Below, one piece after another: positions 52,545 to 64,000 of a stretch of 64,000 bases of DNA. This DNA is from Stegostoma tigrinum. Lineage: Eukaryota. The stretch's first letter is position 1. The number at the start of each line of letters is the position of its first letter. Made by a program: the position numbers and the translations under genes. The stretch spans positions 24,800,001-24,864,000 of the forward strand of contig NC_081377.1 in assembly GCF_030684315.1 (NCBI RefSeq), read 5' to 3'. Below the pieces are notes generated by a model. The model had not been told where the DNA came from and did not search any database. It saw only the letters and a program-made list of their open reading frames with translations.

Positions 52545-54900
52545 GGCCATTAGATATAGGAATAGAATTAGGGCATTCAGCCAATCAAGTTAGGTCCATC
52601 ATCCAATCATGGCTGACATGTTTCTTGACTCAATTTTCCTGCCTTCTCCCTAGTCCCCTTACTAATTCAAGAACCAATCTATGTATGTCTTAAATACATG
52701 CAATGATTTAGCCTCCACACCCTTCTTGGTCAATGGGTTCCTCTGGCTGAAGAAATTCTTCCTCCTCTTAGTTCTAAAGGGTCATCCCTTCACTCTGACT
52801 CTGTTCCCATTCACGCAACATGTTCAAGTTCTTCTACAGTCCCCTACTTCCTCAACACTGCCTGTCTCTCCAGTGGTCAGTTCTGGTCACCTCATTATAG
52901 GGAGGAAGTGGAAGCTTTAGAGAGGGTGCAAAGGAGATTTACCAGGATGCTGCCTGGACTGGAGGGCAGGTCTTATGAGGATAGGTTGAGGGAGCCATGG
53001 CTTTTCTCATTGGAGCGAAGAAGAATGAGAGGTGACTTGATAGTGGTGTATAAGATGATGAGAGGCATAGATAGAGTGGATAGCCAGGGACTTTTTTCCC
53101 CAGGGCGGACATGACTATTATGAGGGGCATAATTTTAAGGTTATTGGAGGAAGGTATAGGGGAGATGTCAGAGGTAGGTTCTTTACACGAGTGGTGAGTG
53201 CGTGGAAGGCACTGCCAGCGGTGGTAGTGGAGTCCGGTACTTTAGGGATTTTCAAGCGACTCTTGGATAGGCACATGGCTGATTGTAAAATGTAATGTAT
53301 ACAGAGTAGTTTGATTTTAAAGTAGCTTAATAGATCAGCAAAACACCATGGGCTGAAGGGCCTGTACTATGCTGAACTGTTCTTTGTTCTATGCTGTATC
53401 TTTATATCATGTGCAAACTTAGCAACAATGCCCTCAGTTCCTTAGTCCAGATCTTTAAAATATGACATGAATTGTGTGGTCCCAATACTGATCCCTGTGG
53501 AACACTGCTAGGAGCCTGCTGCCATCCTGGAAAAGTTCCCTTTATTCTCTACGCTCTGTCTTCTGCCAGTCAGTCAATACCTTTCCCCTAAAACCATGAG
53601 CTCATATTTTATTTAGCAGCATCCTGCGCAGTATCTCTGGAAATCCAAATAGATCAAGTCCACTGGGTCTCCTTTGTCTAATTTGCTCATTATCTCCTCA
53701 AAGAATTCTAACAGATTTGTCAGGCAAGACCTCCCCTTGATGAAGCCATGCTGACTGTCTGTTTTACCATGCACTTCCAAGTGGTCAGCAATCTCATCCT
53801 TAATAATTTTACCAATCACTGAGGTCAGAGTAATCTGTCCCCGGGACCTTCCTTGACTCTAATAATTCCTGAAAGATCACCATCAATGCATCTACAATCA
53901 CCTCAGCTATCACCTTCAAAATTCTGGGTGGAGTCCATCTGGTCCGAATGACTTTAAAACTTTCAGATTCCCCAGCATTTCTTCCTAAGTGATGGCCAAT
54001 ACACTCACATTCTGCCTTGAAGTTGAATTTCTTGAATTTCTGATATGTTGCTGATGTCTTTCATTGTTAAAACTGATGCATAGAACCTGTTCAGCTTCTC
54101 TGCTAGTTTTATTGTTTCCCATTGCTACTTCTCCAGCTTCATTTTCCAGTGGTCCAATGTCCACTCTTGTCTCTCTCTTACTTTTTGATATCTAAAAAAA
54201 AATTCTATTTTCTTTTGTATTAATTGCTAGCTTATATTTCATCTTCTACCTTGGTGTTTTTTTTTATTTGTCCTCAGCTGGGTTTTAAAGGCTTCCCAAT
54301 AATCTTCATCACATTGGCTTCTTTCCAAACTATGAGGATTCAATCAGCCCAAGTCAGTGCTGACCATTTGAAAAGCATCCCAACCAGCTGCAGGCCCCAA
54401 CCTTATCCCCATAATGTCACATTTGTATGCCATGGCTAACCGAAGCCTGGGTAGCCGTGGACACTATGGGACCATTTAGCATAGCCAATCCATCTAACCT
54501 GCACATCATTGGAATGTGAGAAGAAACCAGAGCACCTGGAGGAAACCCACGCCGACACGGGAAGAATGTGCAAACTCATTACAGACAATCGCTCAAGTTT
54601 AGAATCGAACCCGGTGCTGTAAGGCAGCAAGTGCTAACCACTGAGTCACAGTGCCGCCCTAACTGTATGTTTTTTTCTTTTGCTTTTATGCTTTCTCTGA
54701 CTTCCCTGATCAGCCATGGGTGCCTCATCCTCCCCTTAATATGCCTCTTCTACCTTCTACTGTGCCACCAGAATTATCCCCAGGAAATGCTGCTGTTGCT
54801 GATGCGCCATTTTCCCTGCCAGGCCTCGCTTTCAATCATTCTGGTTAGCTCCTGTCTCATGTCTTTGTAGTTATCTTTACTGTATTGTAAGACCAGTACA
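52545..54900 (-). mobile_element. Fragmented minus-strand CR1 interrupted by a plus-strand CR1 (52870-53392) and an HE1-type SINE (~54318-54659)
   Basis: Minus ORF 53613-53819 QHGFIKGRSCLTNLLEFFEE..YLDFQ; plus ORF 52908-53114 ALERVQRRFTRMLPGL; SINE core at 54470-54659. Confidence 0.85.
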
Positions 54901-55139
54901 TCTGATTCTCGCTTCTCTTTCTAAAACTGCAGAGTATTTTGTGCAAAATTCTTAGAAACGCATTGTTTGTGTAATATAGATGCTTCAAACTCTGTTTTCT
55001 TCCTGGCTGTTTATGCAATTACGTAAACACCTTTGAGTGGAGGCTGAAGTAAAACTGTACAAAGGAAACCAATATCAATTGAATTTGTACATTCAAATTA
55101 TTTGGCTTTTGATTGCTCTGCATTTATTTGCCAAATTGC

Positions 55140-55560
55140 CAAAGACAAAGTATTGTGGATGCTGGAAACCTGATGTAAAAATAGGAAATGCTGGAAATAC
55201 TCACCTTGTCCATCAGCATCTGTTAAAAAAAACAAAGTTAACAATTGAATTCTTTGACCTTTTGGCAGAATTGTGAAAAGTTAACGATATACAAGGCTTT
55301 AAGCAAGCGCAGAGCGGGCGAAAGAACAAAGAACAAAATGGAAAATGTAAGATTGGCTGGAAGAGAGTGACTAACTCTCAAAAGGGATTATGACGTATAA
55401 CAGTGGGGTGATAATGAAGAAGGAAATAAGAAAAAAAGGTGTGCCTGGAAGATGTGTGAATGGTAATGGAAGAACCATTACCAGCAGCAGCAATTATGAT
55501 TGCCAATCTCAATATTGAGTCTGAATAGTTACAAACTGCTTAAATTAAAGGTGGCACTAT
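55140..55560 (-). mobile_element. Old Penelope family B 3' end
   Basis: Degenerate pLTR B (tgtggatgctggaaacctga..cagcatctgt..agttaac). Confidence 0.6.
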
Positions 55561-55888
55561 GGGAAAATAAGTGGGGCCTGAACATCCTCATCTTTCAATA
55601 AAACATGTGGACTTTCTTTATTACATCCAACTCAGATCTCCTCCCTGAGCTATTTCTGGAGTATTGATGCCACTTTGTTTTATTCCAAACTGGAAAACTT
55701 CAGTAAATTTTTGCAAATATCCACCCTCCCCTACTTTCACATGTCCCATCACTGACTCATTCCTTCCTTTTCTTCACTACCTCCTTTTCTGGGAATAAGC
55801 TATGATTCACTTCATCCACTGACAACCACAACAACCTTGATTACAATTCTTCTCTCGTCCCAGAAGGACTCTATTCTAGCCTCTATTC

Positions 55889-56316
55889 TAATGTGGACTT
55901 CACAAATATCCCCTCCCCCTACCGAATCCCAAAACCAGTCCAGCTCTTCCCCGCTTCCCTAACCTGTCTGTCCTCCACCTATACCCTCCTCCCACCTCAA
56001 TCCCCACCCCTATCTCCTACCTACTAGCCTGATCTGCCCCCTTGACCTGTCCATCCTCCCTGGACTGACCTATCCCCTACCTAATTCACCACCTGCATTC
56101 ATCTTTATTGGCTACATCGCCGCCTCTTTGACCTGTCTGTCTCCTCCCCACCTATCTTCTCCTCTATCCATCTTCTATTCGCTTCTCCCGATTTATTTCA
56201 GAACCCCTTCCCCTCCCCCATTTCTGAAGAAGAGTCCAGACCCAAAACGTCAGCTGTCCTGGTCCTCTGATGCTGCTTGGCCTGCTGTGTTCATCCAGCT
56301 CTACACCTTGTTATCT
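55889..56316 (+). mobile_element. Penelope-like 3' end with pLTR
   Basis: Collinear with 59348-59790; ends ctgaagaagagtccagacccaaaacgtcagc..gttatct. Confidence 0.88.
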
Positions 56317-57904
56317 TTATTCCAATCTCCCAGTTTCTCCAGGCCTGGTGCAGCTATTCTGAACAGCCACCTTTCTATTTCTAGGATAAGTTATAAATCA
56401 AGGAATAGATGTTTTTTGGGGGTTTGGGTGACATTAATTCCAAAGTACAGACTATCCTTCCATTTGTCCCAAGTGGGATCGGGATATAATCAGTATGTGC
56501 ACTGTTCACTTGCATTGTGCCAGTCAGGTATCTTACAGAAGCTCCTTCAAGTTGTAATGGCTATCTCCATTTGGTGATTTTCATTTTGTTGAGCATGGCG
56601 ATGTGAACCCAGATTGAACTGAGTGCGTGGTTATGCATGGACTGGGCTTATACTACCAAATCCCTTTCTTCAATGACTATCAAGATTCTAGATTGGCTAT
56701 GGAACACAGGATGTTGGCATACAGTTGACGTTATGAAAATATTCCCCTGGAAGAATCCTATACTTTAATTTCTAAAACTGTTCCTGGTGGTCTTTTGACT
56801 TCTAATACAGTTAAAAAAGACATTACAATGTCAGTTACAATCTATCCACTACCTTCAACACCAATGTCCTATTCCCTGCTTTGATGCCAACTTTTAATGT
56901 TGTTAGCTGAAGTCAAACTCTACCTCTTCTTCAAAGAACCATTTAACCTTAATGCTGTAAAAACAATCTGATTTAAGTCTCATTAATCTTTATGTAAAAG
57001 GAAAGAGTCGACTGCATGTTGTTCGACAATCCATAAACCAATTCTGATATCAAATACAACAGATCTCCTTTTATTTAATTTAATTCAGGGAAACCTAACT
57101 TGCAACATGGATTGCACCACTAATCCATCTGTGGCTATTAACCTATATTCACAGCAGCAGTACACTAATTATACTCATGTCTGATTGATACTAATTTACA
57201 ATTGATGGTAGTTAAAACAAGGTGTAGAATGGAACATTTGACCTAATCAGGTAAGTTATGATTTCCTGCACTAACTGACACAAATTTTACATTTTAATCA
57301 GTGAGCATAAATCGTCATGGTCATCAGGACGATTTACAACAAAAACTGATTAATTGTCACTGGATAGGTTTTATTTTCTATCAGCAAGTGAAGTAAAATA
57401 ACTCACAAAATCCCAGAGGCAAAGGCCATTTTTCAGGAGAGGAGAAGCACATTTAGCAAGTCCTCAGATTCTTATAAAATTTAAAATTTCCTTTTTAAAA
57501 TATCAACCACATGTAATGGAGGAGACGTTAATATGAAAGCCAAGAGCATTACATGAGAAATAACATCTTCATAATGAGCACTGCCCAGCATTATCTATAT
57601 ATCACGTAAGACTGGAAAATAATACATAATACCCAAACCAGAGTTTACAAGGGTATCTTTTCTGCCTTCAGCCATGTTTTAAAACAACAATAACTTCTTT
57701 GCTGATCGTCTATCCATGTCAAAATGAACTCTTGCCTCCTCTGTGGAACTGACATTTTTGCCAAGTTGAAAACAAGAAGGTGAAAATTGGTGGATTGTGG
57801 CGTAGGATTATAACTAAAATTGAAGGTTTTATTTTGCGTCTCATGAATATTCATTGAAGTCTGTAAGTTCCATCATACTTAACGATTTAAAAAAAAGGGG
57901 AAAA

Positions 57905-59825
57905 ATACCCAACCCTGCACCACCCGCTTCTATCTCCTTCCCAAAATCTACAAACCTGACTTCCCTGGTCGACCCATTGTCTCCGCCTGCTCCTGCCCCA
58001 CTGAACTCATCTCCACCTATCTGGACTCCATTTTCTCCCCCTTCGTCCAGGAACTCCCCTACCTACATCCGTGACACCACCCAGGCCCTCCACCTCCTCC
58101 ACAACTTCCAATTCCCCAGTCTCCAACACACATTTTCACCATGGACGCCCAATCCCCATGCAGATGGCTGAAAGGCCCTCCACTTCTTCCAGTCCCACAG
58201 GCCTGACCTGACCCCTTCCACCGACACCCTCATCCGCCTAGCCGAACTCGTCCTCACCCTCAACAAATTCTCTTTCAATTCCTCCCACTGCCTACAGACA
58301 AAGGGGGTGACCATTGGCACCCACATGAGCCCAAGCTATGCCTGTTTCTTTCAAGGTTACATGGAACAATCCCTCTTCCACACCTACACTGGCCCCAAAC
58401 CTCACTTCTTCCTCTGTTACATTGATGACTATATCAGCGCCACCTCGTGCTCCCATGAGGAGCTCGAACAATTCATCCACTTCACCAACGCCTTCCATCC
58501 CAACCTTAAGTTTCACCTGGACCATCTCTAATACCTCTCTCTCCTTCCTGGACTTCTCTGTCTCCATCTCTGGCAACCACCTAGAAACGAATATCCATTT
58601 CAAGCCCACCAACTCCCACAGCTACCTAAAATACACCTCCTCCATCCACCTTCCTGCAAAAATTCCATCCCCTATTCCCAATTCCTTCTGCTCCCAGGAT
58701 GAGGCATTCCACTCCCGTACGTCTCAGATGTCCTCATTTTTCAAGGACCACAACTTCGCCCCCTCAGTGGTCGAGAACGCCCTTGACTGTGTCTCCCGCA
58801 TTTCCCACAACTGATCCCTCAGTCCCTGTCCCCGCAATAACAACCAAAACAGAATCCCCCTAGCCCTCACATACCATCCCACCAACCTCCGGATACAACA
58901 CATCATCCTCCGACACTTCTGCCAACTACAATCCAACCTCATCACCCAAGACATTTTTCCATCCCCTCCCCTGTCTGCTTTCCGGAGAGACCACTCTCTC
59001 CATGACTCCCTTGTCCACTCCACACTGACCCGCCAGCCCCACCACACCCGGCACTTTACCCTGCAACCGCAGGAAGTGCTACACTTGTCCTCACACCTCC
59101 TTCCTCACTCCCATCCCAGACCCCAAGAAGGCTTTCCACTTCAAGCAGATGTTCACCTGCACATCTGCTAATGTGGTATACTGCATCCACTGTACCCGTT
59201 GTGGCCTCCTCTACATCAGGGAAACCAAGAGGAGGCTTGGGGACTGCTTTGCAGAACGGCCTCCTGCAGTGCCATAATGATGCCACCCGTAGGTTGCAGG
59301 GACAGCAACTCATATTCCACTTGGGAACTCTGCAGTCCAATGGTATTAATGTGGATTTCACCAGCATCAAAATCTCCCCTTCCCCCACCGCATCCCAAAA
59401 CCAGCCCAGTTCTTCCCCTCCCCCCACTGCATCCCAAAACCAGCCCAGCTCGTCCCCGCCTCCCTAACCTGTTCTTCCTCTCACCTGTCCCTTCCTCCCA
59501 CCTCAAGCCGCACCTCCATTTCCTACCTACTAATCTCATCCTGCCCCCTTGACCTGTGCGTCCTCCCCGGACTGATCTGTCCCCTCCCTACCTCCTCACC
59601 CCCATACTCACCTCTCCACCTATCTTCTCCTCTATCCATCTTCAGTCCGCCTCCCTCTCTCTCCCTATTTATTCGAGTTCCCTCTCCCCATCCCCCTCTC
59701 TGATGAAGGATCTAGGCCCGAAACATCAGCTTTTGTGCTCCTAAGATGCTGTTTGGCCTGCTGTGTTCATCCAGCTCCACACTTTATTATCTCAGATTCT
59801 CCAGCATCTGCAGTTCCTATTATCT
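57905..59825 (+). mobile_element. 5'-truncated Penelope-like retroelement (RT, Cys-rich linker, GIY-YIG), decayed
   Basis: RT motifs IGTHMSPSYAC..FLCYIDDY (ORF 58307-58531); linker PCNRRKCYTCPHT (~59060); endonuclease FTCTSANVVYCIHCTRCGLLYIRETKRRLGDCFAE (~59152-59256); terminal pLTR 59696-59825. Confidence 0.92.
59696..59730 (+). ncRNA. Hammerhead motif in the terminal pLTR of the Penelope element (slightly decayed)
   Basis: cucu CUGAUGA A GGAUCUAGGCCC GAAA C AUC agc, in sense with the RT. Confidence 0.65.
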
Positions 59826-61469
59826 CAAGGCTGATGATACGTTGCTGAAAACAGCATCAGCATCTTGTAGAAATGAAACAGCCAGAGGAAAACATTCTGA
59901 TCTGAGGGATGTAGCCAAGTCAACAGACTGAAGGACAGGGAAGAGGAAACCTCACTTTGGCATCCTATATGAATACTTTGGAAAAGACAGAAAGGAAAAG
60001 GAAAATAATTAGTATTTCTAAAATGATGATTTCCAAACAAGCCAATATAATTCAGAGCTAATTTGTGAATTTTGGAGTGTAGACAGGACTGTGATATAGG
60101 AATTGTTATTACCACTATGGAGGAAATAGGTGAGCAAAGTGAAAAACTGGAGTGTACCACCTTGGTGAGATGAGAAAGGAAAGATACTTTCACCCAGGAT
60201 GAACTGTATTGTCCAGATTGCTTTCCACAAGCCTCATCAGAACATGAAGGAATGTTGACTATGCATCCAAAGCTCCAAACTCAGAGGAAACTATACTGTA
60301 TAAAATCTGTTTTCAGTAAGTCATGGCATTGAGGATAATATAAGCAATTGTAAAAACCACTTGATGAAAGATATGACTGTTGGAAGGTCTGATTCACTCT
60401 TCAGCATTTTACAATGTACATGTACAGACCAAATAGAACTTCTTAACAAGGCTTTGTGTTACAAAGGCTTTTGAACAGACTTTCTCAAGTTTACTCATCA
60501 GCTACAAACTGCTGGAAATATATGGTTTCATCTCAGTTTTCATTGTTGCACTAATGCTGGAACATAATCCACTAAATGCTGATGGCTTGAGTTAATTCCG
60601 GTGGATGCTAATACTATAAAGTTCTGCAGTTTGCTGTAACAGAGTTAATAGTCATTATAAATGGGATTTTCTGGTTATTAGAAGTGAGGATTGATTATAA
60701 TTAACTTTGTCTTAGAATTGATTGAATTCCAAAAGCTCCAATAAATGTCAGAAGGGACAAGAGACAATACCAGTTATAATCAGAAGTTAAATGCGTTATA
60801 TTTTATGATAAAGCTGTTCCTTTATTTTCATGTGATTATTTTAAGCATTGTCTTTTCTTGTGAAACCTCTTTGTTTTTATTGCAGGAAAGTAAAACAAAT
60901 AAAAAGTAGGAATATTACAAGCATACAGAAAGCTACACAAATAAACTCATCTATTGGAGGGAAAACTAGTAAGTTAAAAGATGTGTATGAAAATATGAAC
61001 CCACAGCAAAGTTAGCCAATTGCTGTTTATCCACGTCCACTGCGAATAAAAAGCCCACTTAAAAGATAAAAGCTGGCGATGCCATCCGAGTATCTGTGTG
61101 ATAAAACTGCATTGGGACAATTAGTCAAAGATGGAGGATCATTAAAGCCTTAATTGAAAAGAGGCAAATATCTGCACTTGTTGTAAATAGGTAAACGTTA
61201 CTAAGCCCCATAATTGCTAACAGGACCTTATGTGCAGCCTGCACTGATTGGATTATTTGCAAATGTCGATTTCAATGGATGGAAAGGCAGGAGTGATACA
61301 TCCGTAATGATCCACCCTGTACCGACTGCATGCCAGATCCTACTTTGGAGATAGTAGACAGGAGCAAGACATGGGGGCAAAGGGGCCTTATAATGTTTAT
61401 CTTGCAGGCTGAAGCTTCAATTTCAAAATTGCTTACTGCTCCTGTTCCAAGAGGCAGACAAAAGAAATG

Positions 61470-61600
61470 CAGAAAGCAGGAGTAGGTGTAGGCTATTCAG
61501 CCCTTCCAATCTGGTCTGCCATTCAATATAATTATGGCTGATGCTCTACCTAAAACCAATATTCCCACTTTCTCTCCATGCTCTCTGACCCTTTTAATAT
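61470..61600 (-). mobile_element. CR1 3' tail
   Basis: ggagtagg..ctattcagccc..gccattcaatataattatggctgat. Confidence 0.65.
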
Positions 61601-63719
61601 CAAAAAGCAATAGGACAGAAATAGTGATCAAAAAGTGTGATGACAGAAATCTAAAACAAGAAAGAGCATCTCAAAATCAGAAGCACTTAGTCAACATCTA
61701 AATATAAAAGTAGCTTAATATTTAACATGGAATCTTTCATTAAAAGCATCTTGGCGAATGTTATATTCAATAACAAAACAGTTATTTTGGCTGTTCCCAT
61801 TATCAACCTGTGTATTTTCCAGTTGTTTTAAATGAAGTTAGATCATCTCTCTTGAATGTGCATTTTCCCTGTTCCCTTTTATTTCCTTTACTGTTTGAAA
61901 CCATTTATTCAGAATTGTGGATCTACTGAAGCAGCAAGGCTCCCATATGCTATCCACACAAAATTTGCAATGCAGTAATATAATTCATATCAAGCAACCT
62001 CATGTAAATCCAGCCGCATCCTAATGTGACATGTGTTTTCCAGCAGCAGTCACAGAATAGCTCTTATTCTTCTTTCACCTACAAGCCATCTGTAACATTT
62101 CTGGTCCATTACCTCAGTACATGTAAGGCATTCAACCTATAACATTCCTGAATACATGATATGGTTCTCCTCAATAATCTGAAGGGCTTTTAAACCTGCA
62201 GTTTCTGTTGCTCTCCATGAAAATGAATGCAGTCTTGGACTAAGTTGCATCATTTCAGGCTTCCGGTTACTGTTCGAGAACTCACCAAATTCCTCCATGT
62301 TTCACGAGGGGAATGTTTCTAATAACCTGAACTGATTTTGATGACATCAGTAATATTTGCAAACTCTGCTCTCCAAATACCTGATGCAAAGTGTATCGAT
62401 TTAAGCCCACAACACAATTCTAAATGCAAAAGGGATTTTTCACAGAAATATTTCCATTGATCATTGGTATTCCTGACACATTCCACAACCATCTTCAACC
62501 CAGTTCCACCTGTTTGTGCTTTTAGTCTTGTTTTACACTTCACCAGCTCTGAGATATTGCTGGAGACATCATTCATGGTTAATGTAGAAAGGAAGAGACA
62601 GGGAAAGGGAAAGGAACAATGCTTTATAGAAAACTATGTTGGGGTTGCTCAACATTAACCTATGACAGGATACCTTGAACAAATAATTTCTTAAGATTCT
62701 GGTCCTTAACAAAGTGATAGCAAATAGTCGTGTCTATAGACAATAAAGAGTTAAGGGGAAATGACTGTGCACTGACCTACATCTGATAACCACTCTCTTG
62801 CAAAGACCTTTTTCTCAATGCCCACCTCAGTGTAGAAAGATTCCCTTTGTTTTTTACTGCATCGTGTAACTGTAAAAACTTTTTAAAGGTCACGTTGACA
62901 CGGGAAGGGCTTGATTGCAATTTCTTTTTTCTCTTAACTGCGTTATTAAATGTCCAGAATTAGGTTACTCTGACCAGATTGTCCCGGCTTTAATCTTTGA
63001 CTGGCATCAAAAAAGCAATCGCGCTCAGGAAATCACAACGTTCAGTTAACCAGTTCTTGAGTGTCAGCGGTTTCTTCAACATCCTGTTTCACAGATTTAT
63101 TTCTCTATTACAGAAAAACAACAAGCTCGTTGCTTATTTATTAACAATTTTAACCCTTCCAGCACCAGGTCCCCTCTGGGTAATATTCCCATGTCAGCAC
63201 TATTCATTACACATTGGTGCTGGAGGTGGATTTACGAAGTTACTTATTTGTGAGGAGTTTTAACATTTCCAAATCTTTCAACATTTTATGATACTTTTTT
63301 TTACCCCGGAAGGTACAAAGCACAACCAGAACAAAGGTACAAGAGAATCTGTAGCACTTGTTTGGCCAAAAGACACACTCAAAAGACCACATGTCCCAGG
63401 CTGACTCCCCCTGGCCTGACTTACAGGCCCAGATCAAAGCTCTAGGTCCGTAGCGAGGCCCGGGCACTTGAAAGAGGGGTAGTGGCTGTCTCAGCCTGCC
63501 GTGGTGGTTTTGTCCTGGGTTGGAGGTCTCGTCCCATGTGGAGGTCTTATTCATGTTCAAGTTCCAAGTATTCCAATGGCCCAGCTGGCAGTTTCATCCA
63601 AGAGTGGCAGTCTCAGCCTGCCATAGCAGTCTTCAGCAGAGGCTTCCAGCCCAGTATTCCAGCCACCTGGTGCAGTGGTGTTGTCCCAGCCTGGTGGCCT
63701 CATCCCAGCTGAATCTTCA

Positions 63720-63850
63720 GGGTTAATGGGAACTGCAGATGCTGGAGAATCCAAGATAGCAAAGTGTGGAGCTGGATAAACACAGCAGGCCAAGCAGCAT
63801 CTCAGGAGCACAAAAGCTGACGTTTCAGGCCTAGACCCTTCATCAGAGAG
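63720..63850 (-). mobile_element. Solo family A pLTR with hammerhead motif (63816-63850), inside an unclassified GC-rich repeat (~63300-64000)
   Basis: Full pLTR plus tail; flanking atcttca duplication (63713-63719, 63852-63858); minus strand CUGAUGA A GGGUCUAGGCCU GAAA CGUC. Confidence 0.88.
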
Positions 63851-64000
63851 CATCTTCATTGTTCCATAATCGGCTCTCCCTGAGCCCAGGAGCGTGAACT
63901 GAACTGTGATAAACTTTGTCTTAATTTTACTTTTTTAAATTTTGTATGACTTCTGGTAATTGAAATAGGCACCACACTGGGGCAACTTAAAAACCTTTCA

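Noticed and set aside
62319-62658. 85-aa minus and 64-aa plus ORFs in unique sequence
   Set aside because: No recognisable homology; lengths are within chance expectation.

Overview
This is repeat-dense, AT-rich eukaryotic non-coding DNA. The repeat content (HE1-type tRNA SINEs, abundant CR1 LINEs, Deu-domain SINE remnants, Penelope-like elements) points to a cartilaginous fish, probably a shark; this is an inference. No host protein-coding gene could be recognised, and nearly all listed ORFs are retroelement fragments or antisense shadows. The main contents are: (1) a decayed Gypsy retrotransposon at 1-7.5 kb with the unusual Gmr1-type order gag-PR-IN-RT-RH, interrupted by three younger insertions; (2) about 18 CR1 fragments, one with a 385-aa open RT stretch; (3) seven HE1-type SINEs, all on the minus strand; (4) a 5'-truncated Penelope-like element (RT plus GIY-YIG) at 57.9-59.8 kb; (5) more than a dozen short Penelope terminal-repeat (pLTR) inserts, many as asymmetric hairpins with 7-17 bp target-site duplications; (6) PIF/Harbinger remnants with a spliced Myb/SANT pseudogene, solo LTRs and a 42-bp minisatellite. 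The most interesting signal is a minimal hammerhead ribozyme core (CUGANGA-A-stem II-GAAA-CG-UH) in the pLTRs. It occurs in three sequence variants that keep stem II paired, and many short inserts end or fold back within a few nt of the 5' edge of that core. Coordinates were read by eye; element boundaries are approximate unless a TSD is quoted.
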